Virus record (IMG/VR): IMGVR_UViG_3300025892_000008 | Length of the DNA stretch: 64,000 nucleotides | Source: a virus | Taxonomy: Duplodnaviria; Caudoviricetes | Direction: 5' to 3' (one strand) | Part shown: one piece after another, positions 7,704 through 15,986 of the stretch | How positions within the stretch are numbered: position 1 is the first letter of the stretch | How the letters are laid out: each line of letters starts with the position of its first letter | The notes under the pieces: model-generated | Databases searched by the model: none | What the model was told of the DNA's origin: nothing | The model's input: the letters and a program-made list of their open reading frames with translations, nothing else | Made by a program: the position numbers and the translations under genes

Positions 7704-8939
7704 ATGAATGCAATTGAAGAAAAACTTACAACCGCAAGGGTTGGATTACTTCTAAAAACTCCGTTCTTTGGCAATATGGCTACAAGAATGAAGATCATCA
7801 ATGCTGACGATTGGTGTCAGACTGCCGCAACTGACGGTAGAAACTTCTATTACAATACAGAATTCGTTAAGAAGTTATCCACAAAGAAATTAGAGTTCCT
7901 CTTTGCACACGAAATAGGTCATTGTGTATTTGATCATTTTGGTAGAGCAGGTAGCAGGAACAGACAACTCTGCAATATCTCACAGGACTATGCAATCAAC
8001 CAGATCCTCGCAGATGAGAAGATCGGTGAAGTGATTGACGAAGTTCCTATTTGCTTGGACTCACAATACAGAGGCTTGGCTTGGGAAGAGATCTACGACA
8101 AGTTATATGAGAAGGCAGACATCCAAGAGATTACATTAGATCAACTAATGGAGGGACTGGGTGAAACACTTGATGAGCATATTAACGGTGACGGTGCTCA
8201 AGGTCAGAAAGGACAAGACAAGGAGCAAGATAGCGATACAAGAGGTAAGGCTCCTGTTCTAACTAAAGAAGAAAAGCAGAAGATCAAAGATGAGATTAAA
8301 GAGGCTATGATCCAGAGTGCGGCGGCGGCTGGTGCAGGTAAGACTCCAGGTGCTATCCAGAGACTGATCAAAGACTTGACAGAAGCAAAGATGAACTGGA
8401 GAGAGATTCTTAGAATGAATATCCAGAGCATTATTAAGAATGATTATTCATTTACTATTCCAAGTCGTAAGGGTTGGCACACAGGAGCAATCCTCCCAGG
8501 TGTTAAGAACGATGAGACAATTGATATTGCTATTGCGGTAGACATGAGTGGTAGTATTGGGATGGACGATGCCAAAGTGTTCTTTTCAGAGATCAAAGGT
8601 ATTATGGACCAGTATGAAGACTTCAGCATTAAGGTATGGTGCTTTGATACAGAGGTCTACAATTATGCAGAGTTCAGTCAGGACAATGTAGAAGAATTGT
8701 TAGACTACGAGCCCAAAGGTGGCGGTGGTACAGAGTTCGTTGTGAACTGGGACTTTATGAAAGAGAATGCAATTGAGCCTAAGAAATTTGTGATGTTCAC
8801 TGATGGTTATCCTTGGGGTAGTTGGGGTGATGAGAACTATTGCGATACCCTGTTCATAGTGAAGGGTAATGAACGAGCAGAAGCGCCGTTCGGACAGACG
8901 GTAATCTATGAGAAAGACGCGGCCCTACATGGAGAATAA
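7704..8939 (+). CDS. metallopeptidase-like plus VWA domain protein (DUF2201 type), MoxR partner
   Basis: HEIGH zinc motif, DMSGS MIDAS motif, GGGT, FTDG. Confidence 0.88.
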   Translation: MNAIEEKLTTARVGLLLKTPFFGNMATRMKIINADDWCQTAATDGRNFYYNTEFVKKLSTKKLEFLFAHEIGHCVFDHFGRAGSRNRQLCNISQDYAINQILADEKIGEVIDEVPICLDSQYRGLAWEEIYDKLYEKADIQEITLDQLMEGLGETLDEHINGDGAQGQKGQDKEQDSDTRGKAPVLTKEEKQKIKDEIKEAMIQSAAAAGAGKTPGAIQRLIKDLTEAKMNWREILRMNIQSIIKNDYSFTIPSRKGWHTGAILPGVKNDETIDIAIAVDMSGSIGMDDAKVFFSEIKGIMDQYEDFSIKVWCFDTEVYNYAEFSQDNVEELLDYEPKGGGGTEFVVNWDFMKENAIEPKKFVMFTDGYPWGSWGDENYCDTLFIVKGNERAEAPFGQTVIYEKDAALHGE

Positions 8940-9177
8940 TGAACTGAGAGATATGATAGGATCCCCATTCAAGGTGGGGTCACCCTGTGTATGGACCACC
9001 CACAACTTCCAGTGGATAGGGACCGTGGTTAAGGTATGCAAGAGCAGGGTAAGGGTTAAGCCTCTACCGGGCTCAACGAGATACACCCGTTATGAAGGAT
9101 TGCCATTCCCGGAGAAGGTAATACAACTAGATTCGATGCCAAAATCAGCACTATTCATGGCAATAAAAAGTGGTTGA
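8929..9177 (+). CDS. hypothetical protein (SH3-like beta fold possible)
   Basis: ORF overlapping the stop of the VWA gene. Confidence 0.6.
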   Translation: MENNELRDMIGSPFKVGSPCVWTTHNFQWIGTVVKVCKSRVRVKPLPGSTRYTRYEGLPFPEKVIQLDSMPKSALFMAIKSG

Positions 9178-9230
9178 CATTTTGGATAAAAGAAGGTATA
9201 ATAATAACATAATAACAATAAGGAGCGAGT

Positions 9231-9923
9231 ATGACAATAGAATATAGCATAGCACACCGAGATCCTGTGACCCTTATAGGATACAATGGCGAAGGTGCAA
9301 TCAAATACAATGTGACAGGCTACAAGAGAGAGTTCTTGGAAGTCAAGGTAAGACGAAATAGATCTTACAATGATGACTCTTGGTCTTGGGAAATTGAATT
9401 AGATGTTCCTAGGTATGGTAGAGATAAAGATCAGGAGCCTTGCAATATCAAGGTAGCCAAGTATATGACATCAGCAATGGCTGAGGCTATCAAAGAGATG
9501 GAGAGCATCCAGGATCAGATCCCTACTATGGATAAAGAGTATGAGAGAGGCCAGAAGGAAAGGGAAGAGAAGCGAGTAAGAGAAGCGGCCGAGAGACAGG
9601 CTAAGATTGACGCTGACAAACCCGTAGGGCATAAACTAGCAAAGACTATCTGTGATGAGATGGTTAAGCAGGCTAGAGAGACTGAGCAGGATAGCAAGGA
9701 GATCGTGTTCCAGACTAGAGGCGATCATAGAGAAGAGAAGATGCGATGCGTCTACACTATGAGTGGGTTGACTCTGTTTAACATGGGTTGGAATAGAGTA
9801 AGTCGTAAGGATGCGGTAAGGAAACTTGCAGACGCTTGGTTGGCTAGTGTTGATACAGGCGATGTGAAGGATAGCATACCTGACGCTAGATTGGCAGGAT
9901 TTATGATGGGCGGTAAGAACTAG
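9231..9923 (+). CDS. early hypothetical protein
   Basis: Promoter and GGAGCG RBS at 9222-9227. Confidence 0.8.
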   Translation: MTIEYSIAHRDPVTLIGYNGEGAIKYNVTGYKREFLEVKVRRNRSYNDDSWSWEIELDVPRYGRDKDQEPCNIKVAKYMTSAMAEAIKEMESIQDQIPTMDKEYERGQKEREEKRVREAAERQAKIDADKPVGHKLAKTICDEMVKQARETEQDSKEIVFQTRGDHREEKMRCVYTMSGLTLFNMGWNRVSRKDAVRKLADAWLASVDTGDVKDSIPDARLAGFMMGGKN

Positions 9924-10030
9924 GGGCAAATACCCCGCTGCAAAGAGCCCCTAATTTGGATATTAGGGGTTGACAGATTGGATTTATGATAGTATTATAT
10001 ACATATAATGAAAATTAAGGAGCGAACAAT

Positions 10031-10309
10031 ATGAAAGCATTTGAACAGGCAATTGAAGCAATTAATAAGATCGACACCACAGAAGAGATAAGAGACCTCT
10101 TTGATGCGATCAGGCTTCGTCAAACATTCCTAGGTAACAAGACCATTAGGGCTCTTGCAACTGGTGACAATGTATCCTTTAATGGTAAGAATGGTTACAC
10201 CAAGGGAACAGTCAAAAAAATCAACAGAAAATATGTATTGGTAGACACTGCTCGAGGACAGTGGAGAGTGCCTGCTACAATGCTAACCAAGGAGGACTCA
10301 TATGCTTAA
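10031..10309 (+). CDS. early hypothetical protein (SH3-like C-terminus)
   Basis: Promoter and GGAGCG RBS; GTVKKINRKYVLV..WRVPATML. Confidence 0.8.
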   Translation: MKAFEQAIEAINKIDTTEEIRDLFDAIRLRQTFLGNKTIRALATGDNVSFNGKNGYTKGTVKKINRKYVLVDTARGQWRVPATMLTKEDSYA

Positions 10310-10445
10310 GGCTATCGTATTTGGTATCCTGGGTGCAGGTGCGATGTATCTGTATTTAGGACACGGCGACATCCCTGCATTCATTGACATGCTCAAAGGT
10401 ATTGTCAATCAAGGTGCAGGCATAGTAGAAGAAGCGACCCAGTAG
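10302..10445 (+). CDS. 47-aa membrane peptide
   Basis: GGAGG RBS; hydrophobic N-terminus. Confidence 0.6.
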   Translation: MLKAIVFGILGAGAMYLYLGHGDIPAFIDMLKGIVNQGAGIVEEATQ

Positions 10446-10667
10446 ATGATCTACAAGGGCTTCCGATACGAGCAGGATATCCAAGAGGAAGAGGATAACC
10501 GCAAGATATTCCACGAAGTAATTGACCCGCAAGGCAATAATGTAAGGTGGGGATTGCTTCCGGCAAGTTGGCACGATATAAGTCCGTATCGTTCCGCAAC
10601 TGTAGAGGAATTTGAGGCGGCTGTTAATGAGGTTATTTTTTATAATTTTGTTGCAGAAAATGGTTGA
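10446..10667 (+). CDS. hypothetical protein
   Basis: ORF abutting the upstream stop codon. Confidence 0.65.
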   Translation: MIYKGFRYEQDIQEEEDNRKIFHEVIDPQGNNVRWGLLPASWHDISPYRSATVEEFEAAVNEVIFYNFVAENG

Positions 10668-10721
10668 CAGTTTGGATAAAAGAAGGTATAATGTATATAA
10701 CAATTAGGAAAAGGAGCGATT

Positions 10722-11054
10722 ATGTATAAACTAGATAGCAATGATGCAATGATAAACGGCACTAGCCTGCAAGGACACATTGAGGCAAGTTATGATGACT
10801 TGGTTAAGGCGTTTGGTGCTCCGGCTTTTGACAGCGTGGTAGACGGCGACAGCGACAAGGTGCACACTGAGTGGGCACTTGAATTCCAAAATGAAGAAGG
10901 CGATTACATTACCGCTACAATTTATGACTGGAAAGAATATAACGCCTACACTAGCAGGACGGGCAAGTATAGGTGGCACATAGGTGGCAATAGTTATGAA
11001 GCGGTTGAGGCCGTGTATGACTATGCTAATCTAAAGGAGGTTGCTGATGCCTAA
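10722..11054 (+). CDS. early phage hypothetical protein
   Basis: Promoter and GGAGCG RBS; GTSLQG..DKV.TEW..ATIYDWK motif. Confidence 0.8.
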   Translation: MYKLDSNDAMINGTSLQGHIEASYDDLVKAFGAPAFDSVVDGDSDKVHTEWALEFQNEEGDYITATIYDWKEYNAYTSRTGKYRWHIGGNSYEAVEAVYDYANLKEVADA

Positions 11055-11643
11055 TTGGTGCGATAATACAATTTCAATTACGGGGCCAGCAGAGAAGTTG
11101 AGCCCCATGTATACCAAGTTGGTAGCAGAAGAGGAAGAAGGTTTGTTAAGCATCCTCTATCCTCAACCAGCAGACATCTTTAAGGGTGATCTGGGAGACA
11201 AGGAACGAAAGCAATGCGCCAAGGACGGTGTTCCTAACTGGTACGATTGGAACAGTTCTAACTGGGGTACCAAGTGGGATGTATCAGAAGGTAACTGGCA
11301 ATATGAAGATGCTGGTGACGGTCAAGCAATCCTAACAGGCAACTTTGAAAGTGCTTGGGCTCCGCCAACAGGTGTATATGAACACTGCCAGACAGCACAC
11401 GACGATCTATACATTGAAGCAATGTATTATGAACCCGGCTGTGCATTTGCAGGCATGTGGACAAGTGATGGTGGTGATGATCATTACAGCCTAGAAGGCG
11501 ACAAGGCCGCATTGGAGAACGAACTTCCAGAAGAACTGAATGATGCTTTTGGAATTACGGAAAACATTGAAGAGGAACCAGAAGAGTTGACTGAATGGTT
11601 GAAAGAAGGTTCCGAAGCAAAGAAGGAGTTGGTCGGTGGATAA
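11047..11643 (+). CDS. DUF1281/YubB-like ferredoxin-like domain protein
   Basis: MPNWCDN start, NWGTKWD, F.SAWAPP, YEPGCAFAG. Confidence 0.75.
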   Translation: MPNWCDNTISITGPAEKLSPMYTKLVAEEEEGLLSILYPQPADIFKGDLGDKERKQCAKDGVPNWYDWNSSNWGTKWDVSEGNWQYEDAGDGQAILTGNFESAWAPPTGVYEHCQTAHDDLYIEAMYYEPGCAFAGMWTSDGGDDHYSLEGDKAALENELPEELNDAFGITENIEEEPEELTEWLKEGSEAKKELVGG

Positions 11644-11842
11644 TACTGTTCCAGCAAAGAGAAGATTCACTTACACACTTTCAGTAGAGTGTGCGAGCGA
11701 AGGGAATGCTGATTTGGATGCAGTTGAAAACATCCTAGATCTACATTTTCAGGATTTGGTAATGGACGATACATTCGTGAACGAATTAGACGAAAGTCAA
11801 TCCGTTACCATTCAAGTAGTACCCAATTTTGGAAAGAAATAA
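11636..11842 (+). CDS. hypothetical protein
   Basis: ORF overlapping the upstream stop codon. Confidence 0.65.
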   Translation: MDNTVPAKRRFTYTLSVECASEGNADLDAVENILDLHFQDLVMDDTFVNELDESQSVTIQVVPNFGKK

Positions 11843-11937
11843 TGGTTGACATCCAATCCAAAATATGGTATAATAACATTGAGCCTGTAGGAACAGGTTC
11901 ATTAATTAACTAAGAAAGGCTAATAGAGGTAAACATT

Positions 11938-12255
11938 ATGGCAACAGAAAAAAAGTTCTCAGTAGTAGGTGTATCAACCCTGAACGGGAAAACAAAGATT
12001 AGATTCGCAAACGATAGTATGAGGATCAAGATCTTACTTAAGAATGGTCATGAAGACGTAGATATGATCAATCTTGATAGGGAGATGTATAAGTGGGAAA
12101 TCGCTGAACATCTAAAGGCAGTTAATTTTGCGAAAGACAATAGCGCCACAAAGAATGCTATTGACTATATCGCTAAAAAGAATCCAGCGCCGGAAGGCAT
12201 GGATGCTCCTGCAGAAACTAACAAAGAAGAAGCAGTTGAGCCAGTGGTAGCATAA
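11938..12255 (+). CDS. phage hypothetical protein
   Basis: Own sigma70-type promoter, AGAGG RBS (not GGAGCG). Confidence 0.8.
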   Translation: MATEKKFSVVGVSTLNGKTKIRFANDSMRIKILLKNGHEDVDMINLDREMYKWEIAEHLKAVNFAKDNSATKNAIDYIAKKNPAPEGMDAPAETNKEEAVEPVVA

Positions 12256-12284
12256 TCCGATTCGCTCCCGGAAGCGACCACTAG
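12242..12284 (+). ncRNA. 3'-UTR hairpin with anti-GGAGCG loop (copy 2)
   Basis: AGTGGTAGC..TCCG-ATTCGCTCC-CGGA..GCGACCACT. Confidence 0.6.
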
Positions 12285-12289
12285 TACCT

Positions 12290-12339
12290 GAGGAAGGCTA
12301 GCATGCCCTCAAATATTATGCTAGTCTTCCTCTTTTTTT
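12290..12339 (+). terminator. intrinsic terminator
   Basis: GAGGAAGGCTAGCAT/ATGCTAGTCTTCCTC stem followed by T7. Confidence 0.85.
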
Positions 12340-12402
12340 GGTTGACATTTGGATAAAAGGGTGCTATATTAAGAGTATAATAAGAAACAGAAAGAGAGCG
12401 TT

Positions 12403-12567
12403 ATGTTAGAATTAATTGGTTTTTGTGCAGTTGCTTACTTGGTGTTCAAGTTTGCGCCTGCGATATTAGAAGTTGGATTTAAGTTTGCGGTTATATGCTT
12501 AGGTCTAGTTGCATTTTTCTTCATACTGAGTTTTGTATGGGGTACAATTTTAATCGCGATTAACTAG
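12403..12567 (+). CDS. 54-aa two-helix membrane peptide
   Basis: Promoter and GAGAGCG RBS variant; hydrophobic throughout. Confidence 0.65.
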   Translation: MLELIGFCAVAYLVFKFAPAILEVGFKFAVICLGLVAFFFILSFVWGTILIAIN

Positions 12568-12576
12568 GAGGACTAT

Positions 12577-12756
12577 ATGGGAGAGCTATTAGAAATCATT
12601 GAAGACCTTAAGAGCCTGGATGCAAACGACGACCCAATCGAAAGAAAGATTGAATTGGGCGAGTTGATTACGAAATACCAGGATCGTTTTGACACAGCCG
12701 AGCGTGATATATCGCGTCAAATGGAGCTCGATTTAGTTCAAACAATCTGCAAATAA
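12577..12756 (+). CDS. 59-aa acidic hypothetical protein
   Basis: GGAGG RBS. Confidence 0.65.
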   Translation: MGELLEIIEDLKSLDANDDPIERKIELGELITKYQDRFDTAERDISRQMELDLVQTICK

Positions 12757-12817
12757 TGGTTGACAAATTGGATAAAATCCTGTATACTGTAAGTATAAAC
12801 AATAAAGGAGCGAGCAT

Positions 12818-13231
12818 ATGAAATTAGTAATCCACACACAGTTCAAAGAAAACTACGGCGCCCACACATGGGACGGCGAAGGCGAGTGTCCACAGTATTG
12901 GAAGTTCAAAGGCGGAGAGACCTTCGTGCTCCCAGGAGTAGACACGGAACTGTTGGTGCCCGCTCTGCGAGACCTAATCGAGTACAAGGACGACGGGTCC
13001 GAAGAATACATTCTCAACGCAGAGGTTGTAGAGGATGACGCTGTGATATGCGAAGAGTGGGAAACTCCGTGGACCATATATGCAGAGGACATGGGCTTCT
13101 ATGCCAGCCGTTATGTGAAGGCAGAAGACTATTGGCAACCTGGCTACAAGGGCAAGGCCCAGAGCTACAAGATGCTGCCTAAGGGTGAGCGTGAAGCGTG
13201 GAGCGAGGAATACATCAAGGAGGCAGCGTAA
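12818..13231 (+). CDS. early phage hypothetical protein
   Basis: Promoter and GGAGCG RBS; TQFKENYGAH..YWKFKGG motif. Confidence 0.8.
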   Translation: MKLVIHTQFKENYGAHTWDGEGECPQYWKFKGGETFVLPGVDTELLVPALRDLIEYKDDGSEEYILNAEVVEDDAVICEEWETPWTIYAEDMGFYASRYVKAEDYWQPGYKGKAQSYKMLPKGEREAWSEEYIKEAA

Positions 13232-13473
13232 TGAAGTTCCTGCTTCTGAGTGTTATGCTAGCCGGGCAACCCCTATACGACACAGAGGCCACCTGCACCA
13301 AGGCAGCAACGGTAATCAACGACAGTTATCCAGAGCAGAAGAGCATATGCATACCTGCGCCCACTGTGTATTTCGAGCAAAACCAGGAAGATAAAGCGTT
13401 CAATAACTTCTATGATTTGATCATAAAACTGAGAAATTTACCTCCTAAAGAGGTTGACATTTTGGAAGAATGA
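13231..13473 (+). CDS. secreted or lipoprotein-like hypothetical protein
   Basis: Signal-like MKFLLLSVMLAG start; TAATG overlap with upstream stop. Confidence 0.6.
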   Translation: MKFLLLSVMLAGQPLYDTEATCTKAATVINDSYPEQKSICIPAPTVYFEQNQEDKAFNNFYDLIIKLRNLPPKEVDILEE

Positions 13474-13513
13474 TAGTATTATATACTTACTAACTTAAAC
13501 AAAAGGAGCGAAT

Positions 13514-13903
13514 ATGTTTGTAGAAAAAACCGTAACAGCGACACCAACATTTGACACAGTAAAGGTCCAAATGATCCACACAGAAGCAACCAGTGCTGCT
13601 AAGGCTGCTGTTGCTAAGATGCTGGACGAATGGACAGAAAGCACAGGCGGCAACCAGTATGGTGAGCCTATGTATTGTGGATTTGCTTGGGTAGATGTTA
13701 AAGAGCGAAGCAATAGTAAACTGGGCAAGGCTCTACAGAGCATAGGTTTCCGTAAGAGCTACCAAAGTGGTGTTCTTCAGTTATGGGATCCTGCACAGCA
13801 TAGAGGGCAGAGCATGGATTGCAAAGAAGTGGGTGCCAGTGCTTATGCTGCTGTATGGCGTGAATATGGCGTAAAAATGCACATGGGTTCGCGTGCAGAC
13901 TAA
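13514..13903 (+). CDS. early hypothetical protein
   Basis: Promoter and GGAGCGAAT RBS; CGFAWV motif. Confidence 0.8.
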   Translation: MFVEKTVTATPTFDTVKVQMIHTEATSAAKAAVAKMLDEWTESTGGNQYGEPMYCGFAWVDVKERSNSKLGKALQSIGFRKSYQSGVLQLWDPAQHRGQSMDCKEVGASAYAAVWREYGVKMHMGSRAD

Positions 13904-13985
13904 GGCTACATTTTGGATATTAGGGGTTGACAAACAGCCCCTAATGTCATATATTAGTAGTATGAAACAAACAAAAGGAGCGATT

Positions 13986-14189
13986 ATGAAAACGATTATA
14001 AACACAATAGCAATGGTATTGATAGCAGTAGGCATTATGGCTATGGCTGGTAGTGCTAATGACTGTGATGGTGCATGTATGGAGACTGCTAACACATTTG
14101 GTGAGATGCTGTTAATAGCATTTGTAGGTTTAATTATGACACTGTTTGGTGGAATGATACTTGCAGTAAATGGAGAAGAGGATGCGTAA
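13986..14189 (+). CDS. early membrane protein (proline-free, TC/CC-free)
   Basis: Promoter and GGAGCG RBS; two hydrophobic segments. Confidence 0.75.
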   Translation: MKTIINTIAMVLIAVGIMAMAGSANDCDGACMETANTFGEMLLIAFVGLIMTLFGGMILAVNGEEDA

Positions 14190-14306
14190 GGCATTCTTGT
14201 TAGTGTGTGCTGTGATGTTGTGTAGTGCGTGTAGCCTACGTGATGTACAGCACTCTACTAATGCATACAACCTATATGGCAATGCAGACATTAAGGAAGA
14301 AGTAAT

Positions 14307-14534
14307 ATGGAAAATACGATCAGCCGTTGGGCAGTAATACTGTTAATAGGATGCACGCTAGGAGGCTGTGTGTATCCATACGACAAGGATCGTCCATATG
14401 ATCCTAACTTCACCAGCAACCAATTGATAGATCAGATCCCTAACTGGGAAGGTGAAGCACTGCGCAAGCGAGCATGCGGCATGCCCAAGGCAGAGCGTTA
14501 CAGTTGGATGCGCAATCAGGACTGTGGGGACTAG
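14307..14534 (+). CDS. putative lipoprotein
   Basis: LGGC lipobox-like motif after a hydrophobic segment. Confidence 0.55.
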   Translation: MENTISRWAVILLIGCTLGGCVYPYDKDRPYDPNFTSNQLIDQIPNWEGEALRKRACGMPKAERYSWMRNQDCGD

Positions 14535-14535
14535 C

Positions 14536-14718
14536 ATGTACAGAGTCTACTACACACAGGACACAGTAGAGCAATACGAGGGCTTCTACGAAACACAAGA
14601 AGAAGCCGAAGAGGTTGCCCTTCACTGCTCAGATGATTACGACGCTGAAAGAGTAGAAGTTCGTGACCGTTTCGATAATATTATTTTTGTCATCGATGAT
14701 GAGGTGGTGGTCACATAG
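14536..14718 (+). CDS. hypothetical protein
   Basis: Acidic ORF following GGGGA. Confidence 0.55.
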   Translation: MYRVYYTQDTVEQYEGFYETQEEAEEVALHCSDDYDAERVEVRDRFDNIIFVIDDEVVVT

Positions 14719-14870
14719 ACACCGACCGGTATAGTACGTATGCGCATATAGTGTATTTTGATTGGCTAGTGGTCTAGAATCACCACCCAGAAATGAAAAG
14801 TACTCCACCACAATTTTTTGCGCAGCAATTTTTTTATCCCTGTAGACCCATTTGGGCAATAAATATACAC

Positions 14871-14993
14871 ATGCGCAAGTTAGTAACACATCGACGCAAT
14901 CGCAAACCAGACCAGTATGTGGTATATGAAAATGGTTGGGTAGTTGTAGTAACTTGCAATCTCTTAATAGCAAGGAAATTCATGAATGATTAA
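14871..14993 (+). CDS. hypothetical protein, leaderless start
   Basis: TAAATA-N5-ATG. Confidence 0.55.
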   Translation: MRKLVTHRRNRKPDQYVVYENGWVVVVTCNLLIARKFMND

Positions 14994-15201
14994 ACAATAC
15001 TGTGTATACACCCGAGACTTTGTGAACACGCCACTGCTGTTCAACCGTATACAAGAACACAACGTAAAGTTTGAAGCACACATCAATAGAACACGTTTTT
15101 GGTTGGATACCAGTCTTAAACAGCATAGAACATTCTATCTACACTATAGAGACTACATGCACTGTGTAGATGCAGAAACGGATCACTCTAGCGGCACATA
15201 A
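14986..15201 (+). CDS. hypothetical protein
   Basis: Coupled ORF; FEAHINRTRFWL motif. Confidence 0.6.
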   Translation: MIKQYCVYTRDFVNTPLLFNRIQEHNVKFEAHINRTRFWLDTSLKQHRTFYLHYRDYMHCVDAETDHSSGT

Positions 15202-15416
15202 TGTACACACTGCACCTAGCCTACCCAGACAACAAACTGCACGACTACTGTGATAACATTACGCACAGTGCAGTAATAGAACTGTTTGTAAAGGGCATAG
15301 ACAGCAGTCAAAACAGTCATAATTCAATTATACTACACAGTGCTAAAGACTGTACACTAGCATGTGCTATACTAGGTTCAAGTGAGTTGTACACTGTTAA
15401 AATAGCGTCTAAATAG
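15201..15416 (+). CDS. hypothetical protein
   Basis: TAATG translational coupling. Confidence 0.55.
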   Translation: MYTLHLAYPDNKLHDYCDNITHSAVIELFVKGIDSSQNSHNSIILHSAKDCTLACAILGSSELYTVKIASK

Positions 15417-15585
15417 CCTATTACAAGCAGTATACTGTGTTACTAGTTAAATATTATTAAGAACTTGTTGTTATAATACACACTTCAAGTCAGATAGATA
15501 CGCACTGTTATGTGCTAGATACAAACAGCGTGTGTTAAATTAGACAAACAAGTTCTACTCTTTTGCGCAAAGGATAAATACAATC

Positions 15586-15795
15586 ATGCAAACAAGACTC
15601 ATAGCAAAAGCTCGCAACGAAACTACCAAACTAACTGTACAGAATCGCAATCAGTACAGCAACAACTTCACTATGTCACAAAAGAAACTGGCACAAGACT
15701 TTGCTGATCAATATGCAGCAAAACTAAGCAGACGCACTGGTGACACATGGACAGGATTTGTTGAAGAGTATACACCTGGCACTAACGTAGCCTAA
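15586..15795 (+). CDS. hypothetical protein, leaderless start
   Basis: TAAATA-N5-ATG. Confidence 0.65.
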   Translation: MQTRLIAKARNETTKLTVQNRNQYSNNFTMSQKKLAQDFADQYAAKLSRRTGDTWTGFVEEYTPGTNVA

Positions 15796-15986
15796 ACATT
15801 CCCACTAACACACTAGCAGCACCGTGACGACAGTCTCCGGGGCCACGAGAAAAACCGTTACAAATTTGCTGCGCTACCGCTTGCTGCTTCGCAGCTCTAA
15901 TCTCGCTTACCGCTACGCGGCAAAATCTGCGCTTACGGCTTCGCCGCTTTTATGCCTGCACCTGCACTTCATCGTTAAATATAGTC

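Noticed and set aside
4220-13982. Repeated 40-55 bp units as a CRISPR array
   Set aside because: Spacing is irregular (hundreds to thousands of bp), each unit precedes an ORF, and no cas genes are present; these are promoters.
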